DNA of 63,851 nt, the filler included, from Octopus bimaculoides (taxonomy: Eukaryota): the NCBI RefSeq assembly GCF_001194135.2. It is 5 parts of 5 records of this genome, joined end to end, with 100 filler letters (N's around TTAATTAATTAA, not from the genome) between each part and the next. Parts side by side here need not be neighbours in the genome. Positions count along the whole stretch, not along the records: positions 18,521 to 43,562 come from NC_068986.1; positions 43,663 to 59,366 come from NC_069005.1; 3 more parts are not named here. One strand, written 5' to 3'. Within the stretch, counting starts at the first letter, position 1, and each line of letters starts with the position of its first letter. Of the stretch, positions 30,056 through 43,789 are shown in pieces. The translations under genes were made by a program, and so were the position numbers. Under the pieces are notes generated by a model that was not told the origin of the DNA, made no database searches, and was given only the letters and a program-made list of their open reading frames with translations.

Positions 30056-31931
30056 TATTTTAAGCACTTCTTTAAGTACCAGACTTTCTTTGTAAAAAAA
30101 AAGTACTGGGGTGATTCATTCGACAAAAAGAAAAAAAGATCTTCAAAGCGGTGCCCCAGCATGGCCGCAGTCTAACGACTGAAACAAGAGATAAAAGAGA
30201 GATTCAAAATGCATCAATTCTGATCTCCATTATTCCTCGATGGCTACAATTTTGAGAGCCGGTGTTCCAGATACACACCATTTTCAAATTTACCTGTTCT
30301 AACTTGATTGAGTTAAACAATATGCTTCCTACATTAACAAATAAATTAATCCAATCATAGATATTGTTGTTGCTGTTCTTATTTAGCCCCAGGTCTGTCT
30401 TGGTCGAGCAAACATGATCAAAACATATTCTAGTTGTGGCCATCCGTATTTTTTTCAGACAATGTCTTATCTAGAACGACATTATTCAGTAAGTCCTTCC
30501 TTTTTCAGGATGATAGGATGTGTTGTGAAGGACATTTGACTGCTATTTCTACCAGGTCAAGCAATCACATAGAGACTTAGATCGATACTAATCATGACTG
30601 CTGAGAAGAACGGAACACTCAACTCAACTACATACACTTACTCGAGTTTGAGACAAACTGCTTGGTTTTATAGTCTTGTAGAGCCGACGATGAATTTCAT
30701 GATCCCGGAGTCAATAAAATACATACCAGTAATTCACAGCAGTCGATCCATGTTCCCCGTCCCTTATAAAGATCGCATGCTAAACTTATACTAACGCAAA
30801 GAAATCTTTAGTTGTTCTTTAGTTCTTCTTTTCTCGCATTCCCTTTTATTCCCACCTCCAGCGATATTTTCATTGCTGTCACGCTTTATTCTCACATCCA
30901 TTTAATCCTTTTAGTTTCCTAGCTCAACCCTTTTCACCTTCTACCCGTAAAATATTAACAACCACACGCCATTACGGCTTTATTATTTCTCAGCATCATT
31001 TACCACTTGAATGTTTATTACTTATAATAGTTTAAACAATATCCCCTGTTTTCTAATGCTTGTCTCCCTTGAAATAAACTTCTTTTAAAAATTTTTTCTT
31101 TATCCCTTTTTTTATTTCCCAATAACCTTATCTTAAAATTTAACCTCATGTTTGTATTCTTCCCTATTTAGTTCTATTATAGTTTAAATTTCATATTCCA
31201 TGCTTCAATCATTGCTTTTCTTTTCCTTTTATCAACGCTATCGATTCATATCCAAAAGAGAATCCCAATTGTTTTAACCGTTTAATATTTCTTTTTTCTA
31301 TATTTCTAACATTTTCTCTATTACTCACGAAAACATTGTTAACAGCATCATTCTTTATGCTTTGCACATCTCTGTCTGGATTCAGTTATTCGTGTTCAAA
31401 TGGCAATAATCAACCATAGAGAAAAGGTTAATGATTCCCTGAAGATCTTGGAAAATTTCCTCCGGTGATATAGGATAGAAATTCAACTTTAAAATAGTAC
31501 AAATACAAGTAAGATACAAAGAAAAGTAAATGAAAATTATAACTCCATAGTTGTCGTTGTTCTTTCAACAAAGGAAATAATGAGTCGATGAATGTTCATT
31601 GTTTATGTACGAGCTTTCAGATATTAGTATTTTATAAAGGAGAGTAAACAAGCACCTATATGCAGGTATGTATGTACGTATGTATGTATGTATGCATGTA
31701 TGCATGTATGTATGTATGTATGTATGTATGTATGTATGTATGTATGCATGTGTGTGTGAGTGTGTATGTATGTATGTATGCATGTATGTATGTGTACGTA
31801 TTCAAGTATGTATAAAGGTATATAAATTCGTATTCATACATATATGTATATATATAGGTACACATATATTCGTATGTATACATATATACATACTTATTTT
31901 ACATCTCTATGTGTATATACGTATGTGCGTG

Positions 31932-31963
<32 letters not shown>

Positions 31964-32344
31964 TACATATATTACGTTATATATATAGATATATATATAC
32001 ATTATATGCATAAATGTATGTATATATATATAGACGTATGAAATTATATATATACTCATACACATGCATACACGCAAGCATACATGCATACATACATACA
32101 TGTATACATACATACATACATACACGCATACATACATACATACATATATAAGTCACATACCGTGAAGCAGCAGGATGCTTCAGCATGTAACAAGCAAAAT
32201 ACGATTGTCACACATTTTCAATTAATAAATAATTCTAAGGTGATTAAACAAAATCATATCTCCAAACCATTTGCATTCATTGTTCAAATTTCTGTCCAAA
32301 TAATACATACATGCATATATACGTACATGCATACATGCATACAT

Positions 32345-32384
<40 letters not shown>

Positions 32385-32907
32385 ATATANNNNNNNNNNN
32401 NNNNNNNNNNNNNNNNNNNNNNNNNNNNNNNNNNNNNNNNNNNNNNNNNNNNNNNNNNNNNNNNNNNNNNNNNNNNNNNNNNNNNNNNNNNNNNNNNNNN
32501 NNNNNNNNNNNNNNNNNNNNNNNNNNNNNNNNNNNNNNNNNNNNNNNNNNNNNNNNNNNNNNNNNNNNNNNNNNNNNNNNNNNNNNNNNNNNNNNNNNNN
32601 NNNNNNNNNNNNNNNNNNNNNNNNNNNNNNNNNNNNNNNNNNNNNNNNNNNNNNNNNNNNNNNNNNNNNNNNNNNNTATATATATCATGATGCACATTCC
32701 CATTGTTTGGGAATTCTATAAGTGTCTCTGGTTTTATATACATTCGTGTTTATATAGAAATTTACAAACGAGGACGGTTTCGATAAAGGCACGGTGCATG
32801 ACAATGTGATGTTGAGCCAGTATTCGGGAATTAAAAGGAAATGAGTTCAAATTTTACTATGAATGTGTTTATCTTCAGGTAAAGTGTCCTTAATGTATTA
32901 GCCTCAC

Positions 32908-33360
32908 AAGGTGGTGAGCTGGCAGAATCGTTAGCACACCGAGCTAAATGCTTAGCAAGCATTTCGTCCGTCTTTACTTTCTGAGTTCAAATTACCTCCG
33001 GGTCGCCTCTAACTTTTATCTTTTCGGGGGTCGATAAAATAAGTCGAACTCTGGGGGTCGATGTAATCGACTTACCCCCTCACCCGAAACTGCTGGTCTT
33101 GTACCAAAATTTGAAATCAACATAACGTACTTGTCTTAAAAGGCGGTGAGCTGGCCCAATCGTTAGAACGCCGAGCGAAATGCATAGCAAGCATTTCGTG
33201 TGTCTTTATGTTCTGAATTCAAATTCCCCCTGGGGTCGACTCTTGTTTTTATCTTTTCGAGGGTCGGTAAAATAAGTACCAGTTGAACATTGAGATCGAT
33301 ATAACCAATTTACCCCCTCTCCCGAACTTACTGGCCTTATACCAAAATGGAAACCAATAT
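32908..33360 (+). mobile_element. SINE family A dimer
   Basis: Two copies starting ggtggtgagctggcagaatcgttagc and ggcggtgagctggcccaatcgttag. Confidence 0.85.
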
Positions 33361-35178
33361 ATGTTACTAATCTCACGAAAACTATTGCTCTAGGGTAAAT
33401 ATTTATACATTATTTCGTTGCCTGTTTTAATACCTTGATCAGAACATTGAGCTTTGATTCAAATAACGAATGCTTGACCTAACTGTTATTATGCCTGTTT
33501 TGGGTGAGGAGTCCTGCAGATTTGAATATTCAACAAAATTTACTAGTTTTCATCTTTTATCTTTTATTTGTTTCAATCATTAGACTGCGGCCATGCTTGA
33601 GCAACGCTTTGAAGAGTTCTTTTTTTTTTTTTGGTTGAACGATCGACCCCAGTACTTTTTTTTAAGCCTGTTTCCGTCTACCAAATCCACTCACAAAGCT
33701 TTGGCCTGCCTCAGGCTCGAGTAGAAGACAGTTGTCCAATGTGCCACGCTGTGGGTCTGAACATGGGAAGCAAACTTCTCACCACGCGTCCACGACTGCA
33801 CCTATACTGAACTTTCTGCTGCGGACCACCAGTTTCTCATGGCATGTTTGAGCGTTACGCTTTTAAGATAACGGAATGAAACCCAAAACATAATTGAAAC
33901 CTTTAACAAAACGAAATGTTACAAAGACAAAGATCTATAAATCTTTGAATCGAAAAAAAAAACATTTGTCAATCATAGGACTTGCTAGTAAATATAAATT
34001 CTCAAGAGGCTGCGATCCACTATAGTTCACTGATGAACACTATTCATATATTTTACCGGATTTGAAACATACTCCATTAACGACCTTTTGTTATCTATTT
34101 GGCACTTAATCCAGTGCACAGTTTAATACGACTTCCTAACTCTTGGATAACTTTAACGGAGTTCATTCTACTGGGAGTACACGGACTAAGTTACGATTTG
34201 ACTACGTAGTAATATTTTGACTCGCTGCTTCTTACTAAAGCATCCCACGTCCCGTCGTAGTAAACTCTATGTAGTTTCCTGAAATGCTTGAAATAGCAGC
34301 TAAATTTCATCAAACTATACCATAAATTCTTAAAAAAGAAAAGCAATGTGGTTTCAGGTCTCTTGTACATCGAAACAAGAGTAGCTACGGCTGGAATGGT
34401 GTTTGACAACAACAAGAACAACAACGATCCAGAAGTCATAATTTCTTTTTGCTGCCTTCCGACAGTTTCAAAGACTGCAAAGTTCATGATGGCTGCTCTT
34501 CTGATCATGCAAAAATGAATAAGTCTTTTATTTGTTTCAGCCAATGGACTGTGGCCATTTTGGGGCACTACCTTCAAGGGTTAAGTCGTACAAATCGTCC
34601 CCGGCACTTTGTTTTAAACTAAGTAGTTATTCTGTCGGTCTAATTTGCCGAATCGCTATGTGACGGAGACGTCAACAAACCAACATCGGTTGTCAAGCGT
34701 TGGTGGGAGACAAACACAACACAAACACGCATAGACATATATATATAACTATATATAGTCCTACACACATACATACATACATACATACATACATACATAC
34801 ATGCGTACATACATACATACATACATACATACATACATACATACATACATACGGAAGTTAAATTACCTAAGTTGGCGCGCTGCGTTAGGGGTGAACTTAC
34901 TAAATTTTTCCCGCTACAACACCGCACCTACATAAATAATTGACTTTTATACTAACACATGCAATATTTCTCAATGCAGACTATCATCAGTTTCCTAAGA
35001 TTCTGTTGTTTTTGTTCATGTGTGCGTGTGTGCATTTATGTATGCATGCGAGCATACGTGTAACAACAGCTACTAGATAAATAGAGATATATAAATGTAT
35101 AGATACATACACACGCACACATACACGCATATATATATATGCACACATACACACATATATATATATGTATGTATACAT

Positions 35179-35243
<65 letters not shown>

Positions 35244-35352
35244 CACACATACCAATACGCACACATACATAGGTACACACGTATACACACTTATAGATAG
35301 ATTGACAGGCAGATAGATAAGGTCTATCTGTCTGTCTGTCTGTCTCTCTCTC

Positions 35353-35392
<40 letters not shown>

Positions 35393-35802
35393 GAAAGGAA
35401 GGAAGGAAGAAAGAGAAAGAGAGAAAGAGAGAGTGTGTGTGTGAAAGAGAGAGATAGAGAGTGTGTGTGTAAAAGAGAGATAGAGAGTGTGTGTGCGCGC
35501 GAAAGAGAGAGAGAGTGTGTGTGAAAAAGAGAGGGAGAGAGAGATCGGATAAGAAGATGAGATAAAATAAGATCAATCAGTCTTAGATTATGTCCTGAAA
35601 ATATGGCCATTGCAAGTAATGCAGTTTGACTTTTTGTTTGTATGTAATTGTTGATGTGCGGAAGTTTGACAATGAAAAGATGAGACGAGGCGACTTGGAA
35701 GACTGAAGATCGTTAAAATGACCAGGATGAGAGGAAGAGAAGCTTCTAGAATGGCCCGACGTATGCATATATATACGTATATATATATATGTATATGCAT
35801 GC

Positions 35803-35844
<42 letters not shown>

Positions 35845-36029
35845 TTGTATGTATAAGAAGGGAAGAAGAAAGTGGATGCGCAGTCACGATTTGCTCCTAG
35901 ACAACACCGATGAAACTCCACTTTAAACGGCGTTTTCGTCTTTCCACTCACAACTGTCAATAGCGAAGCATCAAAGTGTCTGTTAGATTGACTGGCTTTT
36001 CTGATGGCATTGATGTCGACTGTTGGTGT

Positions 36030-36044
36030 TGACGACGACGATGG

Positions 36045-36086
<42 letters not shown>

Positions 36087-36343
36087 CGACGACGATGACG
36101 ATTAGGATTATTATGCTGATGATAATGATATTCGTGGTGGTGATGAAGATGAAGGCGGAGGTGATGTTGACGAAGATGATGATATCTCTGCTGACTGTGA
36201 TAATGCTTTTGTTGTTGTTGTTGTTTTTGGTGGTGGTGGTGGTGGTGGTGGTGGTGGTGGTAATGACATCAGTGGAGGTAATGTTAATGATCGTAATGGT
36301 AGTGATGACGATGACAACGACAATGATGATATGATGATGATGA

Positions 36344-36382
<39 letters not shown>

Positions 36383-36390
36383 ACTCAATG
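36030..36390. repeat. Chain of degenerate trinucleotide repeats (GAC/GAT/GTT/GGT)
   Basis: Directly visible. Similar low-complexity tracts lie at 41690-42180 and 60555-60750. Confidence 0.95.
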
Positions 36391-36812
36391 ACGGCTGTGA
36401 TGAAGGTGATGACGTCACTATGCTTCAAGAACTTTGTCATCTTTCTCTCCAGATTGATAGACATCACTTCCCTGATTACTTATGAGATGATGTCAAGAGT
36501 TAAAATAGGTTTAAAGAGGAGAATCTGTCAGAGAGAAGTGGACGAAGAAGGAGAGGAGGCTTGAATGAGAAAATAAAGTAGAGAATGAGGGAAAGAGAAA
36601 GAAACAGAGTGAGAGAGAGAGGAATGGAGGGAGGATAGAAAGAAGAGAGAAGGAGAGAGAAGAGCGTGAGTGTTAATGTATATGAGATATATCGATATTT
36701 TTTCCGAAGCTGGTCCACATGTATGTTATACATGACAGGATGTGACACATGCACACATGTATAACACACACATATATATAGAGAGAGAGAGACAGAGACA
36801 GACAGACAGAGA

Positions 36813-36877
<65 letters not shown>

Positions 36878-37267
36878 GGAGTGAGAGACAGGGAGTGAGA
36901 GAGAGAGAGGGAGAGAGAGAGAGAGAGAAACACAGACGGATATACACGCATATATAATAGGTACGAGCACTTCTAGACATGCACTCAAATGCACATTCAT
37001 GCAAACACACAAACAGGGGTGCAGTGCATTTACAAATTCATGCTAAAAATTATACACATGTTGGAGTATGTGTGTGTGCGCGCATGCACGTTCGCGTGTG
37101 TGCACTCTGGTGCATAAAACATAAAAAAGCATCCCTAAACGCATGCATTCAGATTCAGACGATAACAGAATGCATACCGATGCCAAAGCGCAAAATCTAT
37201 ACGTATAGACAAATAGACAATACACATTTGCAACGTATAACGACTTCATATACTACCTACACACACA

Positions 37268-37381
<114 letters not shown>

Positions 37382-38419
37382 TTTAAATTTCACTAATTGT
37401 AACTGAGGGTACTAGGTAGGCATTTATATTGTTAGAAATAAGAGTTAAAACCCTTAAAGCTACAAGAAAGCACATTTTCATATACTGACCGGGGAGATAA
37501 CCGCCCCATAAGCGAAGCTAGATCACTAGACTTGACTAGTTTTGCGTATAAAGTGAATATATAGGGATAAATTATCCAGGTGGGCACCGTAATAGCTCTC
37601 AAGTATATTCCAAGTTTCGACTAACCACATCAGGTAACAATAAACGTCAATGATTGCTTAGTAGGAGCAAGCCTGTTCTAGCTCTTCTGATCGGTAAATC
37701 CGAGTTCGATTACCTGGACTGTGAATATTATCAGGAATCTAGATTTCAAACAATTATGAATACGGGGACTGGTACATCTTCAAATGTTTCTTTTAATTTA
37801 GCAGTTGATCATAGGGCATAATTATATTTTTTACCTAGCGTTCTTTTTGTATGCGTTCGTGTACTGGATATATTTCCTCAGTTCATTGTGGATTTAACTA
37901 ATTTTAGATTGCCTTGAAAACATTGTGTTAACATGTATTTTCGGAAATATCAATTTCAGCGATATTTTCTGTATCTAAACATGTTAATACAACCGAAACA
38001 ATTGTTCGCTTTGTAAGAGGAATTCTACAATTAAAGATGTGAATTTCTTTATACGTATTTAATTTGTCTCTCGTTTTAATTCGTCACACATTTACGATTA
38101 TCACTAACTCATTGGGTAGCTTTAACAGATACAGTAGGTTTACATATATCTAAATAAAAAGCTTCGATTCACTGAGATTATCCATTTAGTAAACAAAAGT
38201 ACTCTCTAGAAATGTTCAAAATCTTAAAACAAGGTACATATACATACACACGTGCATACATTTAATGTAGCTCTTCAGTATATAACATCTACGCTATCCA
38301 AAGTAAACTAATGTAAAATATATTGTATTATTTTTAATGTGGAAGAATTCTGATCATCCTTCAAGAGACTAAAAGGTGGACTGACTCGTTATTGTGAACG
38401 ATTGGAAATTCGATGTTGG

Positions 38420-39440
38420 TAGCAATCGTTGAGAGTTCGTTTTTTTTCGGGTTAATCATTGTTTGATCACCGTTAGACGTGGGTCGCTTTGTTGGTTGAT
38501 GTGCCGGAAGATGTGAATTTGAGAATAGTGATGGAGGGAAGACCTCCAACTTGTTATCAGTGTGGAGTAAGGGGACACTTGAAAGCAAGGTGTCCCCAGA
38601 AACACGACGAAGTTATGCAGAGGAATAGAAGCAGCAGGGTGAGGAGCAGGAGAGGGGTACCGTAGCGACAAACCCAGTATTTGAGAAGTGTCCAGAGAAG
38701 GTGGAGGAGGAGTAAACGTGGTGAATAAGATGAAGAAAAGGAGATAAAACGTGGACTCACCGCCAAAGTGCCAACTAAAGCAAAGAAAGGAGAGTAAAAA
38801 AGAAGCACAACACGAGACACCAACAACATCAAAGGAAGCCAACACGGCAAAACACGTGGGACTACAGAAACAAACAAATAAAAAGAACCAAAGCATAAAT
38901 AGCATATGGTAAGATATGCGAAAAGTACAGAGATAGAGAAGAAAATCACAAAAATGAAAACAGTAATAAGAGTGAAACTAACGACGGAATACTATCCAGA
39001 AAGTACGAAAGTAACAGTTATTGACGACGAGAGATGTGAAAAACTACGAGAACTGTTCGGAAATAAGATGGACCCAACGGGAGAACGCGTCGAGTTCGAC
39101 GACTTGCTGCCAGTAGTAGAGTATGACGACCTGTTGGCGTACATAAAATAGTTTCTAAAAAAATTGAGTAAAAATTTTAAAATTTTAAATGACTAAAAAC
39201 AAATGCAAAAAGGAAAATAAGAGGGAAAAAAAAGAACTGATTTATAAAAGTAAAACGAAAAGCATTTGAATGATACTGCCTGCGAGTGGGGAGCAGGCAA
39301 CCCATTTCATCCTCATTGTTATTATCCATCATTCATTTGTTCGTTCCGTGTCTTTTGTCCCCACTGTGGTGTTTTGTCTGTCCTTGTTCTGTCCCCTCTG
39401 TGTTATGGCTGTAGTGCCAAACTAAAGAAAGTTCAGTGTT
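38420..39440 (+). mobile_element. Gag/ORF1-like CCHC zinc-knuckle element (Tx1/L1-like ORF1 relic)
   Basis: 38531-38665 translates as MEGRPPTCYQCGVRGHLKARCPQKHDEV..., a CX2CX4HX4C knuckle. It is followed by a basic tract, an 81-aa ORF (38906-39151) and a T/G-rich 3' UTR-like segment. Confidence 0.7.
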
Positions 39441-39774
39441 GGTAGCAGTTGAGTTATGTGTAATAGTAATAGTAGTTCGTCGTGTATATACTTTCTCCCC
39501 ACTCCCTGCTTCGTTATATTATATATCCAATACAAGGATGCGATAATTTTCCTTACACAGAAAAATAAAGAGGCGTTGCTCCGAAATATCGCGGCTGATT
39601 GGTCATTTCTCGAAGAATTTGCACGCTTCATTTCTCCTGCCTATGAAAAGTATTGAATAACAATCGCTATCTAAATGAAGCATAATTAAGGAAGGAAGTA
39701 AAATGAGTAAAAGGGAGTAAAATTAATTTGCACATTCTGCAGTTGTTGGCGGCGAGAGTAATTAATTAATCTTA

Positions 39775-39988
39775 GTTTCAAATTTTAACACAAGGTCAGC
39801 AAGTTCAATGGAGGGGTGAAGTCGATTTCAACGACCCCAGTACTTATCTGGAATCTATTTTATCGACCCTGAGAGGGCGAAAGGCAAAAGCAGCTTCGGT
39901 GGAATTTGAACTCAAAACGTAAAAACTGACAAAATACCGCTAAGCATTTTTCCCAGCGTGTTAACGATTCTGCCAGCTCGCCGCCTTA
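39775..39988 (-). mobile_element. SINE family A
   Basis: Reverse complement of the same head, core and tail. Confidence 0.85.
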
Positions 39989-40229
39989 ATTAATTAATAT
40001 TTCACCAACAGCGTGTGACAAAATCTAAAGTGAATTTAATATTCGAGCGTCGTACTGGGGTACATAACATTTTTTTTATTAAGTGCACAAGTTGGTAGAG
40101 AACTCTTACTCTATAGTTATTCTTCCTGTTCTTTTCTACTGCAAGCAAATAATAGGTTCCAAGAAATAATGCGCCCTTATGAAGTTCTTGTAGGAGGAGA
40201 GATGCAGGATGTCTTATATCCAGAAAAAG

Positions 40230-41130
40230 TTACAGATTATTGACACGAGCAATATGCGCTGGTGGATGAAGATGGTTAATGGAGGGGAGACCAGCATTGT
40301 AGCAAACTATGCGATCACTGACACGAATTGCCGGCGAGTGGACGAGCTGATTTATGCTGAAAAACGAATCAAAACTTGTGAGCTTGCTACACCTCTAGAC
40401 TGTAGTGATAATGCATTACAAAGATGGAGGGCAAGTTTTGGCATCGGTAAGTGCTAGCAAGGTGTGTACGACTGTTGATATCCGATTTGAAGAGGAGAAA
40501 AGTGGAATTTTTCTCTGATCTCCTGAAAGCGTTTGAAGCCAATGAAGACGCGTTTATTATTTTTTTTCAGATATAATGACAGGGGATGAAATTTGGGCAT
40601 ATCTTGTTGATCCGGAAACGAAAGCATCACACCTCTTTTCCAAAGCATAAGAACTGCAAGAGCCAGTCATCGGCACAGAAAGTCATGGCGACTGTTTTGG
40701 GGGATAACAAAGACATCAGTCTCCTTGGTTTCCTGGGACGTGGCTGTACTGTGAACAGCGAGCGGTATATTGCGACACTCAAAGAGCTTAGAGAATTAAT
40801 TCATCGATAGGAAATGACTGAAAGTGAAAACGATCAATATTCACCTTGATAATGTGCAACCATATATACAACATCGAGAACAGATCAGGAAATCCGCAAG
40901 TTAGGCCGGTCAGTGGCACCTCAACTGCGATACATCTCGAATTTGATATTCTCTGACTTCCAGCTGCTTCATTCAATAAAGGACAGTCTTCGGGGACTAA
41001 TATTTGATTACATAGATGAGGTGATAGTTGCTGTAAATCAGTGTGTATAAGAGTGCACAATGAATTTTTAAAAGATTCAAAGGTCAGGTTCAACGATGGC
41101 GCATATGTAAAGCTTGCGAAGAGATTATGA
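40230..41130 (+). mobile_element. Mariner transposase pseudogene
   Basis: RRVDELIYAEKRIKTCELA (HTH-like) and SAQKVMATVLGDNKDISLLGFLGRGCTVNSERYIATLKEL, which resembles SAGKVMATVFWD...TVNSERY. Confidence 0.85.
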
Positions 41131-41242
41131 TGAAGATTTTGCTATGAAATAAAAAAAAAAAACAGAGGTAAATGTATCTTGTTATGCCCTTAAAGAACAA
41201 GAAAAGTGAGATTACGATGACCTCACTCAGGGTTAGTTGTCT

Positions 41243-41583
41243 CTTCTGTATGGACCCAAAACTCGAACAATGAAGAAAGAGCTTAAGGATCGCCTTGGCG
41301 GTATGCTGACCAGATTTCATATGAGAGCTCGAAGCATCGCAAGGCCAAAGGGGAGATTTAGGGAAATATCCCACCCATCTCTATTATTTTTGTTTAACGA
41401 AGGGTAGGCTTTGCTATCCACTGCTATAGTGCTGAACTACAAGATATAATGGATGTTATATTTTGGAGATTTCTGCACTCGAGACGAGGACGGAGTCCAC
41501 TCGGCTACATTTACGTCATTTGCAAAGACATACAACGTCAAATTGAGGAGCTACAAAAGACACTGGAGGACAGGGGTCCCTGA
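41243..41583 (+). mobile_element. RTE-group LINE 3' coding remnant
   Basis: Manual translation gives LLYGPKTRTMKKELKDRLGGMLTRFHMRAR and RRVGFAIHCYSAELQDIMDVIFW...GRSPLGYIYVICKDIQRQIEEL. These match the RTE C-terminal pattern LLYGxExW...RxxFAGHCxR...WxP...GRP. Confidence 0.65.
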
Positions 41584-43168
41584 CCCGGCGTTGTGAAAAG
41601 CGTGTTGGTTGCGACCTGTCGAAGAAGGTATCCTCTGTCATCATCATAAACTCAGCCCGCCATTATCAGCGGCATCAGCATCAAGAAACGGTGCCTGGTA
41701 CTAATTCTACCACTCTGACAATTACTCGAACCTGTGCAATCACCACCACCCACACCACTATCACTAACATCACCATGAATTCCACCGCCGCCACCTTCGA
41801 CGTCACCGCCACCATCGCCGCCGTCGCCAGCGCCACCGTCAGCGTCGTCACCGCTCCCATCGCCACTTTACCGCCGCCATCTCTGTTGCTGTCACAGCAA
41901 CCGCCGTCACCAAAACCACCACCACCACCCACCACTATCACCCCAGTCTGCATCATCACCACTAACACCACCACCACCAAAATCACCACCATCGACACCA
42001 CTACCACCACCACCACCATCATCACTACCATCATCATTACCACGGCCAACATCCACACCATTACCGTCAAACCCATGCCACCACAACCACCACCACCATC
42101 ACCATCATTATAATTACCATTACCATAATTACCACCAAAATCACGCCACCACAATCACCACCACCACCACCACCACCACGGTAACCGTTGCCACCTCCAT
42201 CTATAACAAAGAATACCATTCATTGTCACTTCTCTCTCTTTACAGAGGGATTCATCACTCAACACAATTACCAGTTCGCGCAACCACCTTTCATACTACG
42301 CATCACACACACACACACACACACAATTACCTACACACACACACACACACACACAGCCTCCTTACATCGACACCACCCGCACTCCACCTTACACCAATAT
42401 TCTCCTACCCAACCTGATTCTCTCACTACCATACGCCATTCCGTACCGATATATCCTGTTGATTAGTAAGTGCGGCGCAGTTTAATTCACAATTTCCTTT
42501 GTAATGTTAGTCACGATCTGTACTATATATATATACATACATACACACGTAGATGTGCACATAAGTGTGCAGCAGTGAATACGTATGGATATATAAGTGT
42601 ATAGGTGTATCCATGCACACGCACACCCATTTATATATACATTTATATATACATATATATGTGTGTGTGTGTATGTATATTTATATATGTATATATGTAT
42701 ATATACATATATGTATATATATATACATATGCATACATATATATATGTACATATATGTGTATATATATATATACATATATNNNNNNNNNNNNNNNNNNNN
42801 NNNNNNNNNNNNNNNNNNNNNNNNNNNNNNNNNNNNNNNNNNNNNNNNNNNNNNNNNNNNNNNNNNNNNNNNNNNNNNNNNNNNNNNNNNNNNNNNNNNN
42901 NNNNNNNNNNNNNNNNNNNNNNNNNNNNNNNNNNNNNNNNNNNNNNNNNNNNNNNNNNNNNNNNNNNNNNNNNNNNNNNNNNNNNNNNNNNNNNNNNNNN
43001 NNNNNNNNNNNNNNNNNNNNNNNNNNNNNNNNNNNNNNNNNNNNNNNNNNNNNNNNNNNNNNNNNNNNNNNNNNNNNNNNNNNNNNNNNNNNNNNNNNNN
43101 NNNNNNNNNNNNNNNNNNNNNNNNNNNNNNNNNNNNNNNNNNNNNNNNNNNNNNNNNNNNNNNNNNNN

Positions 43169-43244
<76 letters not shown>

Positions 43245-43519
43245 TATATGTACATATATGTGTATATATATATATACATATATGTATATATATATACATA
43301 TGCATACATATATATATGTACATATGTGTATGTTTGCTTCTATGTATGTCTATATGTATAAATGTATGCATGTATCTATCTATCTCTATCTCTCCCCCTC
43401 CCCCCTCTCCCCTTTTCCCTCCCTACCCCTCTCTCCTCCTCTCTTTATATATACGCAAACATATACGTGTTTAAATATAGGTATGTCTGCATCAGTGTAT
43501 GCGTATGTATGTATGTATG

Positions 43520-43562
<43 letters not shown>

Positions 43563-43662
43563 NNNNNNNNNNNNNNNNNNNNNNNNNNNNNNNNNNNNNN
43601 NNNNNNTTAATTAATTAANNNNNNNNNNNNNNNNNNNNNNNNNNNNNNNNNNNNNNNNNNNN

Positions 43663-43697
<35 letters not shown>

Positions 43698-43789
43698 ATA
43701 CATACATACATACATACATACATACATCAACATGGCGTCGAATACAGGCATATGGCCATAGAGGACTGCTCATTCTCCCGGATAATGAA

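Noticed and set aside
41681-42154. Mucin-like Thr/Pro-rich ORF (+) and Val/Met-rich ORF (-)
   Set aside because: A degenerate (ACC)n tract open on both strands, with no splice or domain support. The same applies to 36023-36564 and 60466-60822.
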